The notes below the pieces were generated by a model. That model did not search any database. It had not been told where the DNA came from and saw only the letters and a program-made list of their open reading frames with translations. A stretch of DNA of 64,000 nucleotides from Vulcanimicrobiota bacterium (GTDB lineage: Bacteria; Vulcanimicrobiota; Vulcanimicrobiia; Eremiobacterales; Eremiobacteraceae): positions 1,664,001 to 1,728,000 of the forward strand of contig CAWETU010000001.1 of assembly GCA_963812135.1 (NCBI GenBank), written 5' to 3'. Positions 49,174-58,559 of this stretch are shown here, piece by piece (the stretch's first letter is position 1; each line of letters opens with the position of its first letter). The translations under genes and the position numbers were made by a program.

Positions 49174-50907
49174 TCAGTCGGACACCGCTGGGACCGGCTC
49201 GAGCATCTGTTTCTCGTAGAGCGATGCGTAGAGGCCGCCCCGGCGCAGCAATTCGTCATGCGTGCCTTGTTCGACGATCTTGCCGTCGGCCAGCACGAGG
49301 ATCGTGGCCGCTCGCCTGATCGTCGACAGCCGGTGCGCGATGATGAACGTCGTCCGTCCGACCAGCAGATGGTCGAGCGCCTCCCCGATCAACGCCTCTG
49401 AGTGGGCGTCCAGCGATGAGGTCGCCTCATCGAGGATCAGGATGCGCGGGTCGCGCAGGATGGCGCGCGCGATCGCGATGCGCTGGCGCTCGCCGCCCGA
49501 TAGGCGCATACCGCGCGAGCCGACGAGGGTCGCGTAGCCGTCCGGCAGCTTGCTGATGAACTCGTGCGCGTTGGCCAGCCGCGCCGCTTCTTCGATCTGC
49601 GCGTGCGTGGCGTCAAGCCGGCCATACCGTATGTTCTCTTCGATCGAGTCAGAGAACAGCTGCGGGTCCTGCGGCACGACGGCGATCGCGCCGCGCAGCG
49701 AGTGCAGCGTCACCCCGGCGACGTCGTGACCGTCCACGAGGAGCGATCCGCCGGTGGACTCGTAAAATCGCGGCACGAGATTGACCAGGGTCGTCTTACC
49801 TGCGCCCGACGGTCCGACGAGCGCCACGATTTCGCCCGGCGCGACGCTGGCGGATATTCCCTTGAGCACATCGCGCGCGCCGTCATAGCTAAAGCGCACG
49901 TCCTTGAACTCGACCGCTCCGCGCACATCGTGCAGGTCGGTCTTGTCCGCCTCTTCGGCCGTCTCCACCGGCAGATCCATCAGCTCGAAGACGCGCGTGG
50001 CAGCCGCAAACGCTTTGTTCAAGCTGCCGATGTAGTTCGACAGCTGCGCGATCGGGTTGGCGACCGTCGCGGTGACGGTGAAGAACATGAAGAACTGGGT
50101 ATAGGTCAGCGTCCCCGACACGACCTGATAGAGCGAGAACCCGGCCAGGATGAGCACGCCGATCATCACGACGAAATCGATCACCGGCGTCTGCGTCAGC
50201 GAGATCTGCGCGAGCTTCATCGATGCGCCGAAGTTCGCGTCGTTCCGATTCTCGAAGCGAGCTATCTCGTAGGGCTCCCGTGTGAACGCTTTGATGATGC
50301 GCATCGACTCGAGCGACTCTTGCAGCAACGAGTTCAGGTCGGCCACGCGGTTCAGCGCCGTCGTCGTCACGCGCCGAAGCACGCCCGAAAAGCGATAGAC
50401 AGCCCAGGAGATCAGCGGTGCGACTGCCATGGTGACCAGCGTCAGCTGCCAGTTCAGATAGAACATCACCGCGAGACCGGCGAGCAGCGTGAGGCTTGCG
50501 CTTAAGAACAGCGGCAACGCCGAGACGCCTTCCACCAGCACGAGCATGTCGTTGGAAAAACGCGACAGGATATCGCCGCTGCGCCACTTGTCGAACGTCG
50601 GCAGCGCCAGGTATTGGATCCGCGCGAACAGGTCGCGCCGGATGTTACGCACGACCTGTTGGCCGACCGACGTCAGCGCATACCCGCCGAAATACTGGCC
50701 CGCGTTTTTTAGCATGTTCAAGGCCAGCGCGGCGGCCAGGGCGATGCCGAGACCCTGCAAACTGCGATCCGACACTGCCTGGACCAGCAGCTTCACGGCC
50801 CCGGCGTAGCCGACGGTCGCCAGCGACGCGATCGCGGTGAGCAGCAGTCCGCCCAGCATGGGCGCGACAAACGGGCGCAGGTAGCGCACCAAACGCTGGT
50901 AGGTCAT
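49174..50907 (-). CDS. ABC exporter, fused permease/ATPase (MsbA-like)
   Basis: TM domain plus GPSGAGKT, LSGGERQR, LDEATS, IAHRLST; start at ATG 50907. Confidence 0.92.
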   Translation of the reverse strand: MTYQRLVRYLRPFVAPMLGGLLLTAIASLATVGYAGAVKLLVQAVSDRSLQGLGIALAAALALNMLKNAGQYFGGYALTSVGQQVVRNIRRDLFARIQYLALPTFDKWRSGDILSRFSNDMLVLVEGVSALPLFLSASLTLLAGLAVMFYLNWQLTLVTMAVAPLISWAVYRFSGVLRRVTTTALNRVADLNSLLQESLESMRIIKAFTREPYEIARFENRNDANFGASMKLAQISLTQTPVIDFVVMIGVLILAGFSLYQVVSGTLTYTQFFMFFTVTATVANPIAQLSNYIGSLNKAFAAATRVFELMDLPVETAEEADKTDLHDVRGAVEFKDVRFSYDGARDVLKGISASVAPGEIVALVGPSGAGKTTLVNLVPRFYESTGGSLLVDGHDVAGVTLHSLRGAIAVVPQDPQLFSDSIEENIRYGRLDATHAQIEEAARLANAHEFISKLPDGYATLVGSRGMRLSGGERQRIAIARAILRDPRILILDEATSSLDAHSEALIGEALDHLLVGRTTFIIAHRLSTIRRAATILVLADGKIVEQGTHDELLRRGGLYASLYEKQMLEPVPAVSD

Positions 50908-50976
50908 TGGCTCGCATTCTTTGGTGAAACATGGGAGCGCCCCTCGCGGTAAAGCGGGCAAAGGGGGCTTGACGTC

Positions 50977-51555
50977 ATGGGTTGCTACTATCATCCGCGT
51001 TTGGCGACGGCACTACGCTGTCACGATTGCGGCCGCGAGATCTGTCAGACGTGCTCGGACGCCGGCATCTGCCCGGGCTGCCGGCTCGGGCGCGCGCTCC
51101 AAGGAGCGCCGGCGAAGAGCGCCGTCGCGGTCGCGGAAGCGCCGCGGCCGGGAACTTGGACCGCGCCGCGCGCCACCGCAAACGTCAGCGCCGTACGCGC
51201 GCCCGTCGTGCACGCCGATGAAGGGACGGCGTCCAATGAAGACCGCGTCCTCGCCGCGCTCTGCTATCCACTGTGGCCGCTCGCGCTCTTGCTCTTGCTG
51301 CTGCCATCAGGCCGCAGCGGATTCGTGCGCTTCCACGTGTTGCAGTCGCTCGGTGTGAACGCGCTCGGTGTCGCGCTGTACGTCATCTACGCGCTGTTGG
51401 CCAACGTACCGCTCATCGGATGGCAAAGCGCGTTCGCGCTGCCGTTCTTGGTGCCGCTGTGGATGCTTGGGGACTTGTACCTCGCCATCCGAGCCGCCAG
51501 CGGCCAGATGCCGCGCGTGCCATTCGCTGCGGATTGGGCGTCGCGCTTCCGCTAA
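50977..51555 (+). CDS. B-box zinc finger plus DUF4870/Tic20-like membrane domain protein
   Basis: CYYH...CHDC...CQTC...CPGC; LAALCY, FVRFH..QSL, three hydrophobic helices. Confidence 0.7.
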   Translation: MGCYYHPRLATALRCHDCGREICQTCSDAGICPGCRLGRALQGAPAKSAVAVAEAPRPGTWTAPRATANVSAVRAPVVHADEGTASNEDRVLAALCYPLWPLALLLLLLPSGRSGFVRFHVLQSLGVNALGVALYVIYALLANVPLIGWQSAFALPFLVPLWMLGDLYLAIRAASGQMPRVPFAADWASRFR

Positions 51556-52952
51556 GTCTCGCGGAAGGCGCGGTAGCGCTTGAGGAACTCGCGCGCCGTG
51601 CTCTCGTGGTCCACGATCGGCTGCGGGTATTGATCGGGCGTGAAGAAGCTCAGCTCGATCTGGTGCTGGCGATCCATCCGCCAGGGCGCGAGCGCCGCCG
51701 CGGTGGGAAGCTTGCGCAACTCGGGCACCCAGCGGCGCACGTACACCGCTTGGGCGTCGAATTGCCGCGCTTGCTTCTCGGGATTGTAGATGCGCGGATA
51801 CGCGGCTTGATCCGATCCGACGCCGGCGAGCCATTGCCAGTTGCCGTCGCACAGCGCTTCGTCGGCCGCGAGATATTGGTCCATCCACACATCCCGGCCC
51901 GACCGCCAATCCAGACCAAGATCGAAACAGCAGAACGATGCGGCGCAGATCGCCGCGCGTTGATGGACGAGTCCATGTGTGTGTAGCTGCCGCATCGCGG
52001 CGTCCACGAACGGATAACCGGTGCGGCCTTTGCGCCAGATCTCCAGCTTCTCGTCGTCGGTCGACCAAGGAAAGCTGCGCATCTTCTCCTGCAGCGCCTC
52101 GTCGTGCAGTTCGGGCACGAAGTACGCGAGCTGGGTGAAGAAATCGCGCAGCGCGAGTTGCCGCATGAATGCAGCCATGGACCGGCGCTCTTGCGCGAGC
52201 GTCCACGACCACGCCATGCGTCGCGCCATCGCCTGATGCACGACGCGCGGACTCACGCACCCAAAGCGCAGATAGGGCGCGAGACCCGAGGTCCCGTCGG
52301 TGGCCGGGTATTGCCCGCTTACGATGTAGTCGGCGGCGCGTGCGGTCACAAATCGCTCTAGAGCGCTGCGCGCAGCGGCCTCCCCCGCGGGCACCGGCGG
52401 AGCCGTGTCGTCCTCAGGCAGCGCGCCCGCCTGCTCGTCCCGCCCGTTCGGAATGACCTCGCCCGAGGGCACCGCGACGTCGAGCGATTGCCACGCCGCG
52501 AAGAACGGCGGGAACACGCGATAACCTTCGCCCTCGGATTGCTTGAGCTCAGCGACCGCCTCCGGTTCATGCACGACGTCGCCCTTTAACTTATGCAGCG
52601 CGATATCGGAGCGGCGCAGTGCGGTGGCCACTTCCGACTCGACGGCGCGCTCGCTGCGCGAGTACGATCGCGAGCAGTAGACGGCGGTCGCCTCGAAACG
52701 CTGGACTACGCGGACGAGCGCCTCAGACGGCGAGCCGCGCACGAGCGTGAGCGTCGCGTCGCGTTTTTCGAGCACCGTGCGCAGCGCGCGCAGCGAGCCT
52801 ATGGCGAATGCGCGTTGTCGCGCGTTCAGCTTGTCGAGCTCGTCGAGGCAGTACACCGCGTAGACGGGTCCGCCGCTACCCGCAGCGGCATTGAGGCCGG
52901 GATTGTCCGTCAGGCGCAGATCGCGCCGGAACCAGAACAGGCTCGCGCTCAT
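51552..52952 (-). CDS. Photolyase/cryptochrome family protein (atypical active site)
   Basis: WFRRDLRLTDN, TSGLAPYLRFG, GRTGYPFVDAAMRQL, DWR.G, GNWQW, RIYNP..Q..FD, WVPEL, YP.PIVDH. Confidence 0.93.
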   Translation of the reverse strand: MSASLFWFRRDLRLTDNPGLNAAAGSGGPVYAVYCLDELDKLNARQRAFAIGSLRALRTVLEKRDATLTLVRGSPSEALVRVVQRFEATAVYCSRSYSRSERAVESEVATALRRSDIALHKLKGDVVHEPEAVAELKQSEGEGYRVFPPFFAAWQSLDVAVPSGEVIPNGRDEQAGALPEDDTAPPVPAGEAAARSALERFVTARAADYIVSGQYPATDGTSGLAPYLRFGCVSPRVVHQAMARRMAWSWTLAQERRSMAAFMRQLALRDFFTQLAYFVPELHDEALQEKMRSFPWSTDDEKLEIWRKGRTGYPFVDAAMRQLHTHGLVHQRAAICAASFCCFDLGLDWRSGRDVWMDQYLAADEALCDGNWQWLAGVGSDQAAYPRIYNPEKQARQFDAQAVYVRRWVPELRKLPTAAALAPWRMDRQHQIELSFFTPDQYPQPIVDHESTAREFLKRYRAFRET

Positions 52953-53032
52953 CTCATGCCGTCTTCAATGCGACGCGCCGCTCGGTTCTGACGACCCGGC
53001 GGCGCGCGAGGCTCGGATCGGGGTCCAGCGCC

Positions 53033-53491
53033 TTATTTCAAAGACGCGACGTAGGCGGCGACATCAGCGATGTCCTTGGGGGACAGCGGGAGCTTGGGCA
53101 TCCCGGAATCCTTATCGATCGCTTGCGGATTCATCACCATGTACGCCACCTGGCCGGCCTTGAGGCCGGTGCCCGCGAGAGACGGGCCGACGGTACCGTT
53201 CTTGCCGCCTGCGCCGTGACAGCTCTCGCAATTGGCGGAGAAGACTTTCGCGCCGGCTGTCGCGTCACCGGCAGCGACTTTGGCGTTTGGCAACTTGGCG
53301 AGCGGGATCGGCAGCGGGCTGGCCGCCATCGCCATGGCGCTTGGCATCGCACTGGCTGCTGCCGAAGCGGCCGGCGCGGTCGTCGCCGCGGTATTCGAAC
53401 TCGATGAATTGTCAGTCGACGACTTCGTGCATGCGGCCGAAAACGCGAGGCTTACCGCCACCACAACGAGCAACACCGACGTTTTCTTCAC
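53033..53491 (-). CDS. Lipoprotein cytochrome c (single heme)
   Basis: Lipobox SAAC, Ala/Ser linker, CESCH, GPSL, distal Met in SGMP. Confidence 0.9.
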   Translation of the reverse strand: MKKTSVLLVVVAVSLAFSAACTKSSTDNSSSSNTAATTAPAASAAASAMPSAMAMAASPLPIPLAKLPNAKVAAGDATAGAKVFSANCESCHGAGGKNGTVGPSLAGTGLKAGQVAYMVMNPQAIDKDSGMPKLPLSPKDIADVAAYVASLK

Positions 53492-53532
53492 GGTCTCTTG
53501 CTCCTCTCAAGGGTCGATTGAGTCGCGACGCT

Positions 53533-54798
53533 TTAGGGGGGATCACGCCCCAATCCTTCCCGTTGTTCCCGCACGAATGACAGCGCAAACGCACCGCACG
53601 TCACGAACAGCGCGACCAACGCGAACAGCATGCGATAGCCCAAACCGAGATCGCCGGTGCTCGCGCCGACGCGGTCGACGAGCAGTCCGCCGGCGATCGG
53701 CGCGGCGACTTGCGGCGCCGACGCCCCAAGGTTCCAGATGGCCATGAGCGCGCCCGCCCGACCTGGCGGCAACAGATTGCACGCCAGCGCCCAATCGACC
53801 GAATAATACGCGCCCCAGCCGATGCCCAGCAGCACCGAGAGCAGACCGACAAGCGCGAGCGACTTCGTGAAGACCAGCGCGCCCGCGCCGGCGACGAGCA
53901 GCGCGAGCGCTATATAGATGATGGATTTTTTCGGGAACCGGTCGGCGAGCCGGCCCGCCGGTACCGTGCCGACCAACGAACAGCCGACCATCAGGAGCAG
54001 CAGCAGCAGGCTCGTCCCCAGATAATTCGCCACGTGCAATGCGAAGCGCAAATAGAACCCGAGGAACGGCAGGATCAGATACAGGCCTGCGCTCACGAAT
54101 CCACGCGACACGACTAGCCACCAGAAACTCGTGCGGCTCGGCCACGCCGCAAGAACGGGCTGGGGCGGTGGCACGTCGCCTTCGCGTTCGCCGACACCGA
54201 AGATCGTCACCACCAGTGCGACGGCGAGCACCACCGCGATCACCGAGACCAGCGCGATGAAGCCGGCGGTGTACATCTGTGGCGTGATGCCGGGACCGGG
54301 CTGATGGACGAATATCTTTGCGAGCAGCAGGCCGACTGCGGTGCCGGCCAGACGCATGAGTCCCATGAACGCCGAAGCGCGGCCTTGTTGGGATTTCGCC
54401 ACGCGGTCGGGGATCAGCGCCTGATAGGGTCCGCCGGCGATGTTCAACGCGATCTGGATCGCCGCGAACGATACCAGCACGGCGCCGAATGACGGCGCGA
54501 GCGCGAACGCATACAACGCGACGATATCGAGCACGGTGCCGACGATGATGAACGGCATGCGCTTGCGCAAGACGTCGGACGCGCGGCCCGCGCCATACTG
54601 CGTGACGATCGCGAGCAACGCGCCAAGCCCGCCCAGCAGGGCTGTTGCGCGGCCGTACGCAGTTTCAGGTATGAAGCGCGCGATATCCGCTTGCAGCGTT
54701 GCTCCCAGCAGCGCCGCCCAATGCATTTCCCAGGCGAACCAGTAGAACGCGAGCACGAACTGGTTTTGCGGCCGGCTGCCCGGCTCGGCCGCGCTCAT
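53533..54798 (-). CDS. MFS transporter
   Basis: G.ASD...R.PF, YQALIPDRV...QGRASA, GRLADR; about 12 TM helices; start at ATG 54798. Confidence 0.88.
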   Translation of the reverse strand: MSAAEPGSRPQNQFVLAFYWFAWEMHWAALLGATLQADIARFIPETAYGRATALLGGLGALLAIVTQYGAGRASDVLRKRMPFIIVGTVLDIVALYAFALAPSFGAVLVSFAAIQIALNIAGGPYQALIPDRVAKSQQGRASAFMGLMRLAGTAVGLLLAKIFVHQPGPGITPQMYTAGFIALVSVIAVVLAVALVVTIFGVGEREGDVPPPQPVLAAWPSRTSFWWLVVSRGFVSAGLYLILPFLGFYLRFALHVANYLGTSLLLLLLMVGCSLVGTVPAGRLADRFPKKSIIYIALALLVAGAGALVFTKSLALVGLLSVLLGIGWGAYYSVDWALACNLLPPGRAGALMAIWNLGASAPQVAAPIAGGLLVDRVGASTGDLGLGYRMLFALVALFVTCGAFALSFVREQREGLGRDPP

Positions 54799-55544
54799 TC
54801 GGCGGCCGCCTGCAAACGCCGGTCGGCGTACTCGAAATCTGCCAGCTCGTCGCAATCCATCGCGAGCGCCGGGTCTGCGCCTCTGATCGGCTCGAACTTC
54901 AAACCAGTCAGCTCGACAAGCCGAGCCTTGACGTCGGCGATGCGCAGTTGATGGCTCGCGTATCGGAGGGCGAGTCGCGGGCCGAGCAATCCAGCCAGCC
55001 CGAGCAGGCTCTTGCGCGCCGCGAAGGCGCGCTTGAGCAATGCTATATTGCGCAGCACTTTTTCTGCGTCGAGCACGAGCACGCTACCGCCGGTCCACTC
55101 GCCGTCCGCCAATCGCGCGAAGCTCGAGCGCCCACCGGGAAACGCGGCGGAGAACTCTTCGCGCGTGTAGATCGGATAGGCGCACGCGACATCCTCTGGT
55201 ACCAACGCCAGCAACCCTGCGATGCCGTGCGATGTGACGAACGGCAGGTCAGCCGCGGCGATCACGCACCGGCCCGAGCCGGCGCTTTGCAGCGCCGCGA
55301 TCACGTTTTCTTCGCCGCTGGCGCGCTCGTCAAGCCAATCATCCGCCGCTGCGCCGCACTCGCGTACCGCGGGCGGACCGACCACACTGATGCGCGCGAT
55401 CTCGGGAACGCCGCGCAGCGCCTCCACGAGGATCGCCAAGAGCGTCTTGCCGCCAACGCGCGCAAGCGCTTTGATGTCGGTGCCTTCGCGCCGCGCCTCT
55501 TCTGGTCCAAGGCGGCCGGCAGCCGCGATCACCGCGTTGAGCAC
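54795..55544 (-). CDS. MobA/CobY-like nucleotidyltransferase
   Basis: AVIAAAG...IKAL..VGG, ADLPFV, MDCD..D motifs of the NTP_transf_3 fold. Confidence 0.75.
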   Translation of the reverse strand: MLNAVIAAAGRLGPEEARREGTDIKALARVGGKTLLAILVEALRGVPEIARISVVGPPAVRECGAAADDWLDERASGEENVIAALQSAGSGRCVIAAADLPFVTSHGIAGLLALVPEDVACAYPIYTREEFSAAFPGGRSSFARLADGEWTGGSVLVLDAEKVLRNIALLKRAFAARKSLLGLAGLLGPRLALRYASHQLRIADVKARLVELTGLKFEPIRGADPALAMDCDELADFEYADRRLQAAAE

Positions 55545-55548
55545 GGCC

Positions 55549-56769
55549 TCAGCTTGGCAGCGCCGGCGATGGCGCCCTGCAAACGATTGCGGTCTTCACG
55601 CCGCCGATCGTCGTGCAGGCCAGTATCGCGGCGTTATCGCCGCGCACTTTGAGCGCCGCCGCGATCTCGTCGGGCCGCATCGGAAAGGCGCGCGTTTTGA
55701 TGACCAACGACCCGATGCCGCGCGCGCGCAGCAGCGCACGCAAGCGTTTGACGCCGAACGGCAGCGACTCGATCACTTCAAACCACCGGACGTACGGATC
55801 GTCCGCCTCGTGGCCGGCGGTCACGTAGGCCAAATCTCGATCCAGCACCGCGGCCCCGATCCGAGCGCACAACGTGCCGATAAGGCCGGCACGGATGACC
55901 GCTGGATCGGGTTCGCCCAGGTAGCGCTCGAGCGGGCGGACAGGCGCAGGCTGCAGCGCACCGTCAAGCACATGCGCGCCGCCGGCATCGATGACCGTCG
56001 CGCTGCGCGCGCCATGGCGCCGCGCGAGCGCGCCGCACCATACGGCCGCTTCTTTGCATTCGCCGCGCTCGGACAAGTACTCCAGCTCGACCGGCGCCCC
56101 GCACAGCTCGCGCAACCCATCTTCTTCAACGCGCAGACCCGGCGCGATCTTGACGCCGAGCGCATGATCGGGGATTTCTTTCGCGCGCGCAAGGATCGAG
56201 CGCAGCGGCGGTTGGTACTCGTCGCCGTGTCGCGCGCGGCCTCGCGCCGTTCGGCGCGACGGATCGGCGAACGCGGCGTCGCCATTGCCGCCCAGCGGCC
56301 ATGCCAACGCATCTGCGTGATGGAACACGGCGGTGGCTTGCACGTCATAGACTTGCGCGTTGTGCCGCGCGCAGGCGAGCGCGTCCTCATCCGTGTCGAC
56401 ACCGTCGACGCGTCCTTCCGGTCCGTGCGCGGCCGCGATGGCGACCGAGTCGGATCCAATGCCCGAGCAAAGATCGATCACGCGCGCGCGATTCTCAAAA
56501 CGCGCCGCGCGATGGCGAGCTAGGGCCTCGGAGGACGCTTGCTCGTAGCCGGCGTGCGTGAAGAACATCTTGTCTGCGCGTGAGAACTTCCCGGCTGCGA
56601 CGGCTCGACGACGCGCGAACGCCGTCGTCAGCGCCGCAGCGGCACGCGCCGCATCGGTCCGCTTGCGAGCGATCGCCGCCGCCGCAGCGGCGCGCGACTC
56701 CGTGAAGGTGCTGAGCTCCGCCAGCAGCGCGTCACCCGCCGGGGTTGCAAGCCACTCATAGGGACTCAT
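55549..56769 (-). CDS. Class I SAM methyltransferase with THUMP-like C-terminal domain
   Basis: EQASS, DLCSGIGSD, DPSRR, KIAPG, GECKEA, EPDPAVIRAG. Confidence 0.82.
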   Translation of the reverse strand: MSPYEWLATPAGDALLAELSTFTESRAAAAAAIARKRTDAARAAAALTTAFARRRAVAAGKFSRADKMFFTHAGYEQASSEALARHRAARFENRARVIDLCSGIGSDSVAIAAAHGPEGRVDGVDTDEDALACARHNAQVYDVQATAVFHHADALAWPLGGNGDAAFADPSRRTARGRARHGDEYQPPLRSILARAKEIPDHALGVKIAPGLRVEEDGLRELCGAPVELEYLSERGECKEAAVWCGALARRHGARSATVIDAGGAHVLDGALQPAPVRPLERYLGEPDPAVIRAGLIGTLCARIGAAVLDRDLAYVTAGHEADDPYVRWFEVIESLPFGVKRLRALLRARGIGSLVIKTRAFPMRPDEIAAALKVRGDNAAILACTTIGGVKTAIVCRAPSPALPS

Positions 56770-56794
56770 CGCGTGCGAATCGGCTATCTGCGGA

Positions 56795-57388
56795 TCACTC
56801 GGCGCCCGGTACGCTCATCACGTGCAAGCCGCCACCGGCCGTCAGCAATTCGGCGGCGGCCGGCGCGGTCGCCGAGTCCAGCGCGGCGACGACTGCGAAG
56901 CCGTGATGCTCGATCTCGTCGACGATCCGGAACGCCGCGTGGGTCGAGCGCTGCGGCGCGAGCGCGCTGCCCAGTGTGGCTCCGGCGAGCGATCCGACGA
57001 TGAAACACAACAGAACCGTGGCGAGCATGCGATAGTGCGCATCCACTGGGATCACATGCACGCTTGGGATGAGCGCGAGCGCGAATCCCGCCAGGACGCC
57101 GACGAGCGCGCCGATGACGGCGCCGCGGTTGATATTGTCCGAGCCGATCGCCGCCGATGCAAGGCCAGGTGCACCCGCTAACGGATCGTCCGGATCGACG
57201 TCGTCGCGCACGCCCAGCTCTTGCGCCAATTGTCCGGCGATCGGCCTCGCCGATCCGGCAGCGCCGATCGCGACATCCGCCGGCGCGACGCCGCTTGCCA
57301 ACAGCGAACGAACGGCGCCTTCTGCCGCAGCGACGTCCTTGAACGCGCACGCGACGAACACCGGAGTCGTGGGTGAAGGTCCCTGCAT
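56795..57388 (-). CDS. Hypothetical membrane protein (Gly-rich TM hairpin)
   Basis: F...AA..AV..L...G N-terminal motif and GAVIGALVG...GSLAGA helices; start at ATG 57388. Confidence 0.6.
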   Translation of the reverse strand: MQGPSPTTPVFVACAFKDVAAAEGAVRSLLASGVAPADVAIGAAGSARPIAGQLAQELGVRDDVDPDDPLAGAPGLASAAIGSDNINRGAVIGALVGVLAGFALALIPSVHVIPVDAHYRMLATVLLCFIVGSLAGATLGSALAPQRSTHAAFRIVDEIEHHGFAVVAALDSATAPAAAELLTAGGGLHVMSVPGAE

Positions 57389-57425
57389 CGCCGCGCGTAA
57401 TTCACCCTGTCCGAGGTGCAGTCCC

Positions 57426-57710
57426 GTGGATTCCAAACGAGTTCTCGTCGGCAAGTCGGTGACCGTGCGGTCGCTCGACGTCGAGCCCAAGTATTTCACC
57501 GACGTGCATCGCGCACGCATCGGGCAGACCGGACGCGTGCACGCGGTCGTCGCCGGCGATCGCGACGATCCGCTTATCAAGGTCGGGTTCGAAGAGGGGA
57601 CGCAGATCGTTTTCTATCGACTCGCCGACCTAAGCGTCGATCACGACGCCGAGCCGGAGACGCCGAAACGTCACGGCCTCCGGGCGAGCCACCTACCGAA
57701 ACTGGGCTGA
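57426..57710 (+). CDS. Small hypothetical protein, SH3/KOW-like
   Basis: GAGGTG RBS then GTG; MDSKRVLVGKSVTV...IGQTGRV...IKVGF...FYRLADL beta-rich pattern. Confidence 0.6.
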   Translation: MDSKRVLVGKSVTVRSLDVEPKYFTDVHRARIGQTGRVHAVVAGDRDDPLIKVGFEEGTQIVFYRLADLSVDHDAEPETPKRHGLRASHLPKLG

Positions 57711-58559
57711 GAGCCACTCCAAGCCTTCAACCACGCGCGGCCCGTTGCGCTCGATGATCGAGTCGTTTGGCGGCTGAAACACGCGCCCACGTTGCACTGC
57801 GCGCAGGCTGCGCCACGGTTCGCGCGCACGCACGTCCGAACCGAACGGCGTATCCTTCGAGACGATGATGACATCCGGATCGGCGCGCAGGATCGCTTCG
57901 GCGCTCAGGTCGGGATACGGCTGGTCTACATCGCCTGCGATGTTCTCGCCGCCCGCGAGCGTGATCAGATCGTTGATGTACGACGACTTTCCAACGGTGA
58001 ATCCGGGCAATCCGAGCAAGAAAAGGACGCGCGGCCGATGCGCGGTGGTCAGCGGGCGCGCCACGATGCGCTTGAGGCGTTGCCGGATTTGCGCCGCGAG
58101 CGCCTTGCCTTGCGGTGCGCGGTCGCATGCTTTCGCGACACCGGCGATGTCCGCGTAGAGATCGTCGAGATTGCGATTGGGCAGATAGGTCACCGGAATG
58201 CCAAGACGGGCCTGGATCGGCCCGCCCTCGTGCTCCTGATCGTGCACGGCGATGGCAACACTCGGATGCAACTGTGCGATGCGCTCGAGATCTGCATGCG
58301 TAAGGTCAGCGACGTGCGGCAGATCTTTGGCAGTCGGCGGATAGTCGTCATACGTGGTGTCGGCCACCAGCGAATCGCCGCAACCGATCGCGAACGCGAT
58401 CTCCGTGAGCGACGGGGCGAGCGAGATGATGCGCGGCCCGTGGGTCGCCGGCTCTAGTGTAGCGGTCGAATTTATTCGACCGTGCGCGCAGCCCGCCAGC
58501 AGGCTCAGGCTTCCCACGAGCGCTGATAGCATGCGCAATGCCTTGCGCGTCTGCGTCAT
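57693..58559 (-). CDS. btuF: Cobalamin ABC transporter substrate-binding lipoprotein
   Basis: Lipobox LAGC, RIISLAPSLTEI, YP, E.I..L.P, GPR; in a riboswitch-controlled operon. Confidence 0.85.
   Translation of the reverse strand: MTQTRKALRMLSALVGSLSLLAGCAHGRINSTATLEPATHGPRIISLAPSLTEIAFAIGCGDSLVADTTYDDYPPTAKDLPHVADLTHADLERIAQLHPSVAIAVHDQEHEGGPIQARLGIPVTYLPNRNLDDLYADIAGVAKACDRAPQGKALAAQIRQRLKRIVARPLTTAHRPRVLFLLGLPGFTVGKSSYINDLITLAGGENIAGDVDQPYPDLSAEAILRADPDVIIVSKDTPFGSDVRAREPWRSLRAVQRGRVFQPPNDSIIERNGPRVVEGLEWLSAQFR
58459..58482 (+). repeat. GTAG-type REP-like palindrome, copy 2 (inside btuF)
   Basis: GTAG-CGGTCGAA-TTTA-TTCGACCG. Confidence 0.7.
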
